From assembly GCA_050084985.1 (NCBI GenBank), contig JBITNC010000001.1, forward strand, positions 96,782,001-96,846,000: a DNA stretch of 64,000 bases, written 5' to 3'. The notes below the pieces were generated by a model. The model saw only the letters and a list, made by a program, of their open reading frames with translations. It searched no databases and was not told where the DNA came from. The translations under genes were made by a program, and so were the position numbers. Shown piece after piece: positions 37,244 to 50,584 of the stretch; the first letter of the stretch is position 1; each line of letters opens with the position of its first letter. This stretch comes from Nageia nagi (Eukaryota > Plantae > Pinophyta).

Positions 37244-37661
37244 TGATATAGGCATAAGCTAATGGTCTAATACACATATTATATATTACCATAGGCATAA
37301 GCTAATTCTTTAGTAGATGAATAAATGATTTAGTTTTAAATTTTATATGTACATTATATAATGATATACCCATAAGCAAATGCTCTAGTATATGAGTGAA
37401 TGATTTATTTTAAATTTCATAATGACATAATATAATGATATATGCACAAACTATATCATTACATGATGTGTATATGCCATTATATGATGTATGTCAATTA
37501 TACATGTTCACTAAGGGGTGAAACTAGAGGAGAATTATCAGCATGGAATTTTTTATTTTGAACTCTATAAACATCACTCGCCATGGACTCAAGCTCATTT
37601 TAAATGAAAATATTTTATATCTTTTGTTTCATTCCTTTGATGGTTATTTGTGTTGTTAACA

Positions 37662-39200
37662 AATGCAATTGTTATTTTCTAGCATTCATCCTACATATGT
37701 CACCATTGGAGCTCTAGAAAAGGGTATGGACATCCATCAAAGAGTAGTTGAAAATGATTTTGCATAAAATATTATGGTTATGAGGTAATTGATAGTGATG
37801 TATGCAAAATATGGAAGAATACATAAGGGAGGTGTTAGTTTTTTAGAGTCTAAAAATTGCTAAGTTTAATTTCTAATTTTTCTATCAATAACCACCTCTT
37901 GAAAATTAGTTGTTTTTCTATTTTTAGTGTGCTTCATGAATATGAGCATAGCATATTATAACCTCCTCTTTTTTATAAGTATGTGAGGGTATTCCATTAT
38001 TTCAGATGAAGCTATAGTATTGTATTGGATGCATGGGTGCATAGTTGAGTTTGAGAGAGGATTGATGATGGGAAGAAGAACAAGGAGAGACCAATATCTA
38101 AGGGTTCCAAACTCTATTTAAAAGAGTATTGATTGTAACATTATTGCAATGGAGACTCCTTTGAGGAATAATAGAAGGAGGACTATTTTGTGGAGTAACC
38201 CATATTTTGGGTGAACCACTATACATGTTGTGTTGTCTCTTATTTATTATTAAGTGTATTATTCCTCATTCATTACTTATTCTTCTACAATTTTGAACCT
38301 TTGATATATTACTCAAAGAGAGGATTAAATTTTTAATTTAATCTAAATATCCCAATAAGAGGGAATTATTTGATAAGATGCCTCATCATAATACACTTTC
38401 ATGGATATCAATGATCATAAGATATGCACAAAATGAATTTTCTAAGAAACCCTTAGAGACTTTTAAGCAAATGCAACTATTAAGAGTAAATAGATACTCT
38501 TCAATATTTATGAGCATTCTTCCAATATATGCCATCTTGGGAGCTCAAGAGGAAGGTATGGGTATCCATCAAAAAGTATTCAAAAATAGTTTTCATTGAA
38601 TTTTGTGGTTGTGAGTGCCCTAATAATTATGCATATAAATTATGGAAGAATACACAAGGCATGGAATTATTTGAAAATATGCATGATGCAAACATAGTTT
38701 CATGGATTGTAATGATCATAAAATATACACAAAATGGATACAATGAAAGCGTTCATGAATTGCTTGATAAAATGCATGATCTAATGCCATATCATGGAGT
38801 GAAATGATTGCATGATATGCAAAAAATGGGCTTTCTAAAAAGGTTATAGATTCTTTTAAGAAGATGCAATTATCATGTGTAAAATCAATTTTTGCAACCT
38901 TTACCAGCACTCTCTCAACATGTGACACCTTGGTAGCTCTAGAAGAAGCTATGGACATCCATCAAAGAGTAGTTGAAAATGATTTTTCATTGAATATTAT
39001 GGTTGTGAATGTCCTAATGGATATGTATGAAAAATGTGAAAGGATACACAAGGCATAGGAATTACTTGATAAGATTCATGATGTAGCTATGATTTCATGG
39101 AATGTAATGACTGGATGATATGTAATCTATGGTTACAACAAGGATGCTCTTAAACTCTTTGATCATAGGAATTAACACTTAGCAATTAACCCTAATAGCA
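37662..39200 (+). pseudogene. PLS-class PPR pseudogene fragment (unit 4)
   Basis: NTLSWISMIIRYAQNEFSKKPLETFKQMQL and ALEEAMDIHQRVVEN motifs; disrupted. Confidence 0.9.
37833..38357. mobile_element. Solo LTR (duplicate of 10145-10677)
   Basis: Same termini; TSD GGAGG/AGAGG. Confidence 0.78.
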
Positions 39201-42200
39201 TAACCAACATTTATTTTCGTATTTAATTTGATTTATATTTGCATCAACTTTTAGGTACTAGAAAGAAAAATTCAACATCATTAATTTATATCTTTATCTT
39301 ATATTTCATATACCAAAATGGTAGTGCTACAAATTGATAGGTAGTAAGAAGAAAGTCCTTAGGGTAATAGTTATGCCATGTTATCACTAAGATAACATCT
39401 TTCTTCAAGCCTTTATACTATTAGCCTAAGATCATCCACTTCAATGAAAGGTAGGATTCATTTATTTTAGTGTACCTAAGGAAAAAAATGATTAGAAGGC
39501 TTGATGAGTTGAAGTTTCCTTTTGTAAAGTATCCAGTATTTTCTAGATTTTATTTAATGTGTATGGTTGATTTTCACATGGGAATATGAAATGAGTCAAC
39601 ACACTTCATTATTATGTATCTCATTATGGATGATGTCTATTCTTTCTCATTTGAGCATTTTTCAATCTTGTCATTGCTACTTCAAGCATGATTACTTGTA
39701 AAATTTATCTAACAACTTGAGCTTACCATTTTGTGTTCAATTTGTAAATTGTATATTAAAAGATTTTTTTTCTTTCCTTTTGAAGTTTAATTTTCTTTAG
39801 GAATGCAATAAATGCATCTTGCACAATGAACAAACCATAAATTAAAACTTTTGTTGAAGAGTTCTATTTAAATTTATTGATAAACTAGTTTCTTTATTCA
39901 TTGAAAAGATCCCTCTTTACATTTTAAATTTACAGATTGTATTTTTTGTACTTCTATAAATGATATCTAGATTCAATATATTACACAATATAGAAGAGAA
40001 AGTTCATATATGTGTTGCACCCTATTACAATACTATTTTACTTAAGAATAATCAATAGAGGATTAGTGGTTTTCTATAGAAATCATACAATTAATATAAA
40101 AAGAAGAAATACTATAGTATTAATTATACAAATTACAAAAGCTACAAACATTTATAAAATAAGTATTTTAATTTATGATAAAAACTTGTAAGCATATGTG
40201 GTTTTCCTATATTTCTATTTGAATGAGGCATAATATTTTATGATATTTGTTGGTTTTTTTATCATATCTTGAAAATTCCTCCAAACTTTAGAGGAGAAAA
40301 TATTCTTGAATAGAAACTTGATGAAAGTTTCTCTTGTTTGGAAAAATAGGAGTGGCCATAGCCACTCTATCCTTGTTTTTCATTTTTGATAAATCATTTA
40401 GGTAAATAAATGTAATAAATTCTATCTAACATGAATTGTAAACAACTTGCTAGTTGCAATTTTTAAAATTCTAGTTTACTTTGAGATATTTAACAAGAAA
40501 GCCCCATGGCTAAGCATGCTAAGATTCTAATAATATTATGGTAAGCACACCAACTTACTAGTACAATATTGAACAACTTTTTTCTACAATTTGTTATCTT
40601 TGCATCTAAAAAGGCCATCATCAACACTCAACAAGCATATATGTTGTATATATCTAAAACTATTCTGAGTACATATATATTGTGTACTATAAAAAATTCA
40701 ATTACTATTGATTTATATCAATTTATTTCATTGAATTGATTTGTATCTTATTATAAAGAACAAATTGGAAAACAACATCTCAAGTTTAGAGGAACATTGT
40801 TCTTGAGTTTCTATAGAAATAAGTGATTATAGAAGCATTAATATTTTAGAAATGTCTATGGAAGTGTGAATGTTATGTTCCTAGAGATAGCATAGGAGGA
40901 AAAGAAGAAATCCTTATTGGACCAAAAATGGAGTTGATTCTTGTTGCTTATATTTTTTTCTTCTTGTATAAGTAAATTCCCACTGTAAATTTTCTTTCAA
41001 ACTGCTTATGTTTTATAGGATTTTGAAGTTAAGCTTTAGGGATGCTAAATATTGTTTCAATTTGCTATATGTTTGTATTATTTTCTCTATTTGGGAATGG
41101 AAATCCCAAGGTAAAATTTCTTTCAAATTGCTAATGTTTTGTAGGATTTGTTTTGAAGTCAAAAACTTTATCCATGATATAACTTGAACAATGACAAGGG
41201 GTCAAATATTATCACAAAATAATTCCAAGAAAATTTGATAGTTTGAAAAGATTTGGTTGTAAGGAAAAGTATGTATTTTGAAAATTGTTCATTAAATTAC
41301 TTAGATTGGTATCCTCTTCCCTAATTCAATTATAGGAAAATATGATCATTGATATATTACTAAATGGTTTGGAGCATTACAGTTTTAAGATATTGGTATA
41401 TGCCAGAAAAGAATTTAGGTTTACATGTACCCATTATAACCAAATAATTTTAACGTATGTAAAATTTTATTTTGGTTTTATCTTTAATCTCTTATGGTTT
41501 GCAAAGATCAAGAATAGGGTTTGGGTAACATGAATTTATTAATGTCTGAAATGGAAGAGTTTAAGTTAATCATCCAAGTTATGGTGTTTCTTAGATCTTA
41601 CCTAAAGTTATTTTAACTTTTAAACATGAGTATGTTAAATGTGATTTTTGTTAGGAGGTATTTTTACTTATTAGAGCACACATGATTGCAAACTTCTACC
41701 AAGTTATGTTATTAACTCTAAATAGGTTAAATTTGGGAAGAAGCAAGGTCCAAAATATTCTGAGAAGTATTTAAGGACAAGAAGAGAGGTCCATTAGAAG
41801 AGAAGTCTTAGGGTTTCTATGTTGAGGACAATAAGGACTAATTGCATTGTTCATGATCTTGGTTATGGTAATTTCCACATTAATGAGAACTTTTGTGATT
41901 GTTATTTATGCATTGTACAAGGTTGCATTCTCCTTACCATTGACAATTGTTATGATTATTTTTCTATGTTATCCAAGGTTGCATTTCCTCTTCCATTAAA
42001 GATGATTTAGAAGAGGTTCAAGAGTGTGTTCATGAGAGTTGTTAGAGGAAAAAGTTTTACACTTCCTTGGACTATTTAGCTTGTGGCCATGGAAATTGTT
42101 ATGATCAATATTACTATTCTAAATATCTCATCCTTGATTGCACTTAACGTGGAATATTGGGTTGCTTTGTGGCTATTTGTTAAGGTCACATGGGTGGTAA

Positions 42201-43627
42201 ATTTAGATATTTGCATTTTTTCCACCTTTAGAAAGTATGTGAATGAACTTAAGACCAAATTTCCAAAGTGAAAAAAGAAAAAAAAAATATTATTGATTTT
42301 AATGATACTTCCTTATTAGTGGCAAATTTCATGAGCTTAATATGTCTTATTTTCACCTTTTTATCTTATACTTTTTTTTGGAATTGATTATGAAAACCTT
42401 GGTTGAAATGAAAGATTCAAAGAAAACTAATACTTGAATAGAAAAATGTTCTTGCAACAAGATAAACAAAATGAATATGATAAATAAGATACAATAATAT
42501 ACATGATTTAAGCGTGAAATTGGTCATTTAGTAGGAAGATTTTTATGGTAAAATGATATCATCATGGACATCCCATGAAGGGTCTTCTACTGCCCAAAGA
42601 CCAAAAAGAGAATGATAGCGACCTTAAGTGCACAAAGATGAACATTGATTATTTTGAAATAATAAAGAAACCTTGAAAATACAATAATCTCAAGTAATTT
42701 GTTTGTAGCATGATGTTATCATGGCAATATCATGATGGGTCTTCTAATATCCCAAACACCAAAATGGAAAAGATATGATAAAATATAATAGCTAAAATAA
42801 ACATTATTGATATTAAATAACTATAACTTATATATACGTATAATAGCATTTTTCAACGATATTGAAGCAGAACTTAGGAAAGGGTTGATATAGCTTATTT
42901 ATAATATAAGATGTAAATGGAGACCTTTCATATTAAATTTTATTTTTTCTTTTGTGCTCTTGAAAAAATCCCTAAATCATCTTAGATGTGCATCAAACCC
43001 TTCTAAAAATCTTTCCTTAAAAAATTCTCATCATTTATAAATATCACCAATACCAAATATTCTTTCTTTATATCTATATCAATACCAAACTTAATCTGTA
43101 GGTATCTTCACATGTAAATAACATTATGCATATATTTATTTATCATTTATATTTTTGTATTTAACATTATCAAGTTATAAATTTTGAATTTGAAATAATT
43201 ATATGCAATTAATTACACATGCCAACATATTAACCCATTAATTACAAAGGAAAATCTGTTTTGGTCTGATAAAATGAAGTGCCATGGATCTACAAAGGAA
43301 TGATCTCAAAAGGCCACCATTGAACCATCATGTGATGATACAATTGATTATACGGATAAAGAAAAAAGGAGAAAAAAGAGAATATACCCTTCAATTACAA
43401 GGGCTTATTGGTACTCCAGTAAACCAAATATTGGCCAAGTCTCATCTTCATTAAAAAGTTAACGAGTGGTTAGTCTAACACCTTCTGCAACCATATTCAC
43501 ATCCAAACTCCATAAACAACACTCAACTGAGCTTGCCTTAATCAGACACTACGTTGCCTTAATCAATTACCAACAAAACTTTTGGATAAGAAGCTCCTCG
43601 CAATCTTCTTGTGAGTGATCAGTTCAA

Positions 43628-44104
43628 TCAATGCACAAGCACAGTTTTACCCATATCGCTGAATTGGGTACAGTTAGCAAGAGGAGATAAGCCGTAACTA
43701 TTAATGTCTAAAGCATCTCCGCCACCATTCTCATGCTCATGGTCTTGCCACTCTCTCAGCATCCGAATGACTGTATCCAAAACAGATGGGTTGCATGGTA
43801 TAGTAAGCTTACCATCTCCATAATTGAACCCAAATTTCTCCTCAGCCTTAACCAGGAGCTCTCTAAACAATGGATGGTTCAAATAACCCACGGGAATCAC
43901 ATACCTTTTCCTCTCTTCCTTCCCGGCATAAACAGCCACATGACCTTCAGGAACCGCTCTCCTCCACCTCACCAGCTCTTCATCCTCCTCGCTCTCGTAC
44001 AAAGAAAAGGACTTTCTTCTCCTTAACTTAATGCTCGCAATCTTGCGAATGGCTGCAATCTTCTGCCATTTTAGAGCAACCTTCAAGATCTTGCTTCTCT
44101 CCAT
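43628..44104 (-). CDS. SAUR: SAUR family protein, copy 5 (158 aa)
   Basis: Intact ORF with SAUR core. Confidence 0.97.
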   Translation of the reverse strand: MERSKILKVALKWQKIAAIRKIASIKLRRRKSFSLYESEEDEELVRWRRAVPEGHVAVYAGKEERKRYVIPVGYLNHPLFRELLVKAEEKFGFNYGDGKLTIPCNPSVLDTVIRMLREWQDHEHENGGGDALDINSYGLSPLANCTQFSDMGKTVLVH

Positions 44105-44247
44105 AACTCAAAGAGGAAGAAACAGAAAAATAGACTCTAAGAGAGCGATCTGAGCTTGATGAATTTGATCCGACCTCAGGGCTAAATAAATAGAATAGCT
44201 ACGAAATCAAAGATAGGTTAGCAGTCGTGTTCTTGGATTGAAGAGAG

Positions 44248-44263
44248 GAGACATGGTCATGTG
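44248..44263 (-). promoter_or_regulatory. AuxRE TGTCTC + CACATG module, copy 5
   Basis: + strand gagacatggtcatgtg. Confidence 0.7.
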
Positions 44264-45119
44264 AAAGTTCAGGAAGTATTGTGGCTCTGCTTAAAATCCG
44301 GAAGGACAGTCGTAATCATTTGGCAACAAAGGTGGCCCAGAAAACAACCATCAAACCTGGCTCAGCCTTAAGTCTGTCCTGGGGATATCTTTCGCCGGAT
44401 TTGGAACAAAGTTGACTGCAACTAAAATTAAATTTGAATTTGGATGCATTCTGATCCTTCAGAAAAGTTCTCAATATGTACAATTTCGCTCTTACAGATC
44501 ACATGCCACATCAAATCAATTTACTGCCACGGTGGGGCTAGCGGCTCATGTTCTTTGGAGTTTGAGGCCTCGCTTTGTTTCTTGTTGGTTGCCACATCAT
44601 TAAATCAAACCAAATGCTGCCTTCCAAATGGCAAACTTTACACGTACGTACCATTACGTAGTATTCGGTAGGGCGAGGACCACTTTTATGTCGCGTGTCT
44701 TGTATGTTTGTATGTCATTATGCTATATTCTAACAGATGATGGATGATTTAGTTTTAAATTTCATACATACGATATATGCACTAATTGAATCAGTAGATA
44801 ATTTAGTTTTAAATTTCATACCCACATTATATTATATAATGACATACACACAAGCTAATGCTCTAATGAATATATAATTTAGTTTTGAATTTCATTGGCA
44901 TATCATATAATGACATATGCACAAGCTAATTTAATTTTAAACTTCATACGCACCTCATATATGTACAAATTATATCAAATATAATGTATGTCATTATACA
45001 TGCTCACCACCTGATGAAACTGAGGGAAACTGGAGCATAGGATTTTTTATTTTGAACTCTACAAACATTGCTTGCCATGGAGTCCGATTTTTGATGGTCG
45101 TTTGTGTTATTAACAAACA

Positions 45120-46110
45120 CAATTGTCATTTGCCAGCATTCGTCCTGCGTGTGCCACCATTGGAGCTATAGAAAAGGGTATTGACATCCATCAAAGAGTA
45201 GTTGAAAATGGTTTTGCATCGATTTTTGTGGTTTGTGAGTGCAGGGATAGCCATGTATGCAAAATGTGGAAGAATACACAAGGGGAGTGAATTGTTTGAC
45301 AAGATGCCTCATCGAAATGCACTTTCATGGATTGCAATGATCTCAGGATATGCACAAAATGGGTTTTCTGAGAAGGCCCTGGAGATTTTGAAGCAAATAC
45401 AATTGTCAGCAGTAAAGCCAGACTCTGGAACCTTTGCCAGCATGTGCCATCACGGGAGCTTAGATGAAGGTATGGGCATCCATCAAAGAGTAGTTGAAAA
45501 TGGTTTTTCATCGAATGTTGTGGTTGTGACTGCCCTTATAACAAAATTTGGGAGAATACACAAGGCCTGGAATTGTTTGACAAGATTCATTATGCAGACG
45601 CAGTTTCATGGACTGCAATGATCACAGGATATGCACAAAATGGATATATTTAGAGGGTTCATGAATTGTTTGACAAAAACGCATCATCGAAATGCAGTCT
45701 CATGGAGTGCAATGATCGCATGATATGCAAAAAATGGGTTTTCTGAAAAGGCTCTATAGTCTTTTAAGCAGATGCAATTGTCAGGTGTAAAGCCAAACTC
45801 TACAACCTTTGCCAGCATTCTTCCAGCATGTAGCAGAAGGTATGGACATCCATCAAAGAGCAGTTGACAATGGTTTTTCATCGAATATTATGGTTGTGAA
45901 TGCCCTAACAAACATGTACGCAAAATGTAGAAGAATACGAAAGGCCCAAGAATTGTTTCAAAAGATTCATGATGCAGACACGGCTTCATAGAATATAATG
46001 ATTGAAGAATATACAATCCATGGCTGCAGGATATACAAACCATGACTACAGCAATGATGTCCTTGAAATCTTTGATCTGATGAAGCACTTAGGGACCAAC
46101 CATAATAGCA
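45120..46110 (+). pseudogene. PLS-class PPR pseudogene (unit 5, best preserved)
   Basis: IAMYAKCGRIHKGSELFDKMPHRNALSWIAMISGYAQNGFSEKALEILKQIQLSAVKPDSGTFAS; frameshifts and stops; no start or targeting peptide seen. Confidence 0.93.
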
Positions 46111-49100
46111 TAACTAACAATTAATTTAGTATTCAGTTTGATTTATATTTACAGCAGCTTTCCGGTACTAGAAACCAAAATCCAACATCATTAATTTACA
46201 TTTTTGTCTTATATTGCAGAAACCAAGAAGGCTGTGCTGCAAATTGACTGGTAGTAAGAACGAAGTCCTTGGTATAACAGTTATGTCATGTGATCAACGA
46301 GACAACATCTCTGTTTGAGGCTTTATATTGGTAACCTGAGATCATTCAGTTCAATGAAAGGAAGGATTCATCTGTTTCAGTGCACCTAGATAAAAAAATG
46401 ATTAGAAGGTCTGATGAGTTGAAGTTTCCTTGTGTAAAGTATCCAAGGTTTTCCAGATTTTGTTTAATGTGTCTGGTTAATTTTGAGATTGTGTTTTTTG
46501 TACTTTTATAAATGACATCTGGATTCAGTATATTACACATTAGAGAAGAGAAAGCACCTATGTGTGTTGTACCCTATTAGGATACTGTTTGATATAGGAA
46601 CAATGGATAGAGGATTAGTGGGTTTATATGGAAATCATATGATTAGTATGACAAGGAGAATATTGTACTATTAATTGTACAAAATATAAAAGCTACAAAC
46701 ATGTCTAAAACAAGTGTTTGTAATGATGATAAAAACTTGTAAGCATATCTGGTTCTCCTAATTATATATTTTGTTGGTTTTTTTTTTATCCATATCTTAA
46801 AAAGCTTCGCGAACTTTAGAGGACCAAAGCTTCTTGATCAGAAACTCTAGAGGAAAGTTTCCGTGGTTTCTCAAAACTGAACTGGCCATAGCCACTCTAT
46901 GCTTCTTTGCAGTTTCTAATGATAAATTATTCGGGTAAATAGATGTAACAAATTCCATCCAACATGAACTACAAATAATTTGCTGGTTGAAATTTTCAAA
47001 ATTCTAGTTTACTGCCTTTACAGCCAAAAAGGGCATCATCAGCACTCGAAAAGCCTATAATGTTTTATATGATCTAAAAATCTTCTATAAGTATATTACC
47101 ATCACAAATTCAATTACTAATGATTTACATCAATTTTTTCCGTTAAATTAATTTGTAGCTTATTACAAAGAACAAACTGGAAAACAACACCTCAGGTTTG
47201 GAGGAAGATTGCTATTGAGTTTCTGTGGAGACAAATAATTATAGAAGCATTGATGTTTTCCAAATGTTTGTGGAACTGTGGGTTTTATGTTCCTATAGCT
47301 AGCATAGGAGAAAAAGGAGAAATCCTTATTGAATTACAACCGCAGTTGATTCTTGTTGTTGTAATCATTTTTAGGAATTGCCAAATAATTTGAGACTTTG
47401 ATCAAGACATGTTTATATTTTTTCCTTTATTTTTTTATTAAATTTCCACTGTAAATTTTTTTTGAAGTTGCTTATGTTTTGTAGGATTTTGAAGTTAAAC
47501 TTCAGTTATTCTAAATGTGTATCGAATTCCTATGTAAAGTATTGTTTGCTCTACTTGAGAGTGAAATTCCAAGGTAAAATTTCTTTGAAATTGTTAATAT
47601 TCTGTACGATTTTCCAAAGTCAAAAACGTTAGCCATGCTATAACTTGAACAAAGACAAGGGGTCAAGTATTACAGGAAGAAAACTTCTAGGAAAATCTGC
47701 TAGTTTGAAAAGATTTAGTTGTAAGGAAGAATATGGGTGTTGAAAATTGTCCATTAAATTACTTATGTCGGTACCCTCTTAATTAATTATTTTTTAGAGT
47801 TAGTTGGCACCTATTATGGGTCGTATGGGGTAAATTAATTATTCTTTAGAGTGATAAAATACTTTTTTTATTAATACAACAAGATAAATAAAATATAGTG
47901 GTATACATGATCAGTATGATATTATCATCTATTAGGATGATTTTTTATAGTAATTTAACAATATCATCATAGATTTCTCATAAAGTATCTTCTATTTCCA
48001 AAGATCAAAAGAACAATGATAATGCCCTTTAGGATGTACAAAGATGAACATTGATTATTTTGTAAAAATGAATAAACCTTGAAAATATAACAATCTCAAG
48101 TAATTTGTTAGAAGCATGATGTGATGGGTCTTCTAGTGTCCCAAACACCCAAATGGAAAAGATATGGCAAAGCATAATAACTAAAATAAACATAATTGAT
48201 ACTAAACAACAATAACATATTTATATATAAAGTAACATTTTTCAACGATATTGAAGCAAAACTTGTAAGAAAGGTTGATATACCTAATTTTTATCTTTTT
48301 ATCATTTTATCTTAAAATGCTCATTTATTATATAGGATGTAAATGAAGACCTTTCACTTCAAATTTTATAGTTTTTTCCCTTGTGCTCTAGAAAAAACCC
48401 CTATATTATTCACAATATGCATCAAATCCTCCCAAAAATCTTTCTTTAAAAAATCTTCATCATTTGTAAATATCATCAATACCAAATGTTCTTTCTCTAT
48501 ATCAATATCAATATCAAATATAACCTCTAAGTATCTTCACATGTAAATAACATTATACATATCGTTATTTATTATTTACATTTTTGTATTTAACATTATG
48601 GATATAAATTATAGTTTTTAAATGTGAATGAATTATGTATATTATCATATTCAATTTTATGGTTCATACCTACACATACCAACTCACCTATCCCATTAAT
48701 TACAAAGAAAAGTCCCTACTAGTTTGATAAAATTTAAGATGTGATAGATCTAAAAAAAAAGCTTCAAAAGTTACATATTTAAGTTAACCATCATGTGATC
48801 ATAAAATTTACATTTTTATATTTAACATTATCAATATAATTTATATTTTTTTAATCTGAACGAATGTGTATATTATTATATTCAATTTTATGGTTCATAT
48901 CTACACATGCCAACATACTTATCCTCATTACAAATGAAAGTTTGTATTGGTTTGATAAAATTTAAAGTGCGAAAGGAATGGTCTCAAAGGCCGCCATATC
49001 TAAGTGAACCATCTTGTAATCTTAAAATTTGATTATATGGACAAAGAAAAAGGAGAAAAAAGAGAATATGCCCTTCAATTTAAAATGCTTATCATTACTC

Positions 49101-49358
49101 CAGTAAGACAAATGTTGGGCAAGTCTAATCCTCTATAAATGCCCTTCAATTAAAAAGTTAACAATGAGTGGTTAGTCTAACGTCCTCTGCAACCATATTC
49201 ACATCCAACCTCCATAAACAACAGTCAACGGTGCTTCCCTTATAGTGTCTGATGACAAAATAAACATATCCTTTCATCAGACACTACGTTGCCTTAATCA
49301 ATTACCAACAAAACTTTTGGATAAGAAGCTCCTCGCAATCTTCTTGTGAGTGATCAGT

Positions 49359-49838
49359 TCAATCAATGCACAAGCACAGTTTTACCCACACGCTGAATTG
49401 GATACAGTTAGCAAGAGGAGATAAGCCGTAACTATTAATGTCTAAAGCATCTCCGCCACCATTCTCATGCTCACGGTCTTGCCACTCTCTCAGCATGCGA
49501 ATGACTGTATCCAAAACAGATGGCTTGCAGGGTATAGTAAGCTTACCATCCCTATAATTGAACCCAAATTCCTCCTCAGCCTTAACCAGGAGCTCTCTAA
49601 ACAATGGATGGTTCAAATAACCCAAGGGAATCACAAACCTTTTCCTCTCTTCCTTCCCGGTATAAACAGCCACATGGCCTTCAGGAACCGCTGTCCTCCA
49701 TCTCACCAGCTCTTCATCCTCCTCGCTCTCGTACAAAGAAAAGGACTTTCTTCTCCTAAGCTTAATGCTCGCAATCTTGTGAATGGCTGCAATCTTCTGC
49801 CATTTTAGAGCAACCTTCAAGATCTTGCTTCTCTCCAT
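49359..49838 (-). CDS. SAUR: SAUR family protein, copy 6 (159 aa; 1-bp deletion changes the last ~10 residues)
   Basis: Intact core; QFS-VWVKLCLCID* replaces QFS-DMGKTVLVH*. Confidence 0.93.
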   Translation of the reverse strand: MERSKILKVALKWQKIAAIHKIASIKLRRRKSFSLYESEEDEELVRWRTAVPEGHVAVYTGKEERKRFVIPLGYLNHPLFRELLVKAEEEFGFNYRDGKLTIPCKPSVLDTVIRMLREWQDREHENGGGDALDINSYGLSPLANCIQFSVWVKLCLCID

Positions 49839-49981
49839 AACTCAAAGAAGAAGAAACAGAAAAATACACTCTCAGTGAGCGATCTGAGCTCGATGAATTT
49901 GATCCCACCGCAGGCATAAATAATTTGAGTAGCTACGAAATCAAAGATTGGTTAGCAGTCTTCTTTTTACATTGAAGAGAG

Positions 49982-49997
49982 GAGACATGGTCATGTG
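49982..49997 (-). promoter_or_regulatory. AuxRE TGTCTC + CACATG module, copy 6
   Basis: + strand gagacatggtcatgtg; TATA region altered (taaataatttg). Confidence 0.65.
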
Positions 49998-50584
49998 AAA
50001 GTGCAGGAAGCATTGTGGCTCTGATTAAAAACTGGAAGGGCAGCCGTAATCATTTGGCATCAAAGGTGGCCCAGCCTTAAGTCTGCCCCGAGGATATCTT
50101 TCGTCGAATATGAATTTGGATGCATTCTGATCCTTCAGAAAAGTTCTCAATGTGTACAATTTCGTTCTTACAGATCACATGCCACATCAAATCAAATTAC
50201 TGCCACGGTGGGGCTGGTATCATTATATGATGTCATTAGAAAATTTAAAACTAAAGTCATCTACTCATCCACTAGAGAATTAGCTTGAACGAATATCACT
50301 ATATAATGTGTATATAAAATTTAAAACTAAATCATCTACTATCTACTAATGTATATCAATTTATAATATGTGTATTATTATACGATGTGTGTATGTTATT
50401 ATACGATGTATGTCAATTATACATGCTTAACACATGGTGAAATTGGAGGGAAATTGATAGCATGGAATATTTGATTTTGAACTCTACAAACATCGCTTTC
50501 CATGAACTCACGCTCATTTTAAATGATAAATTTTACATTCCTTTGGTTGCATTCCTTTCATGGTCATTTGTGTTATTAGCAAAT

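Larger units (their letters stand above)
31061..42600. repeat. Segmental duplication copy B, main block (paralog 3204-14919)
   Basis: Collinear high-identity match including SAUR copy 4, solo LTR and PMT fragment. Confidence 0.92.

Noticed and set aside
45202-45621. 139-aa PPR ORF as an intact gene
   Set aside because: Frameshifted at both ends; only about 2-3 repeats; neighbouring repeats contain stops
46200-47620. Splice-site-like motifs downstream of the PPR suggesting a spliced transcript
   Set aside because: No coding signal; the apparent donor-acceptor pair is too close and arises from a ~120-bp tandem duplication; needs RNA data
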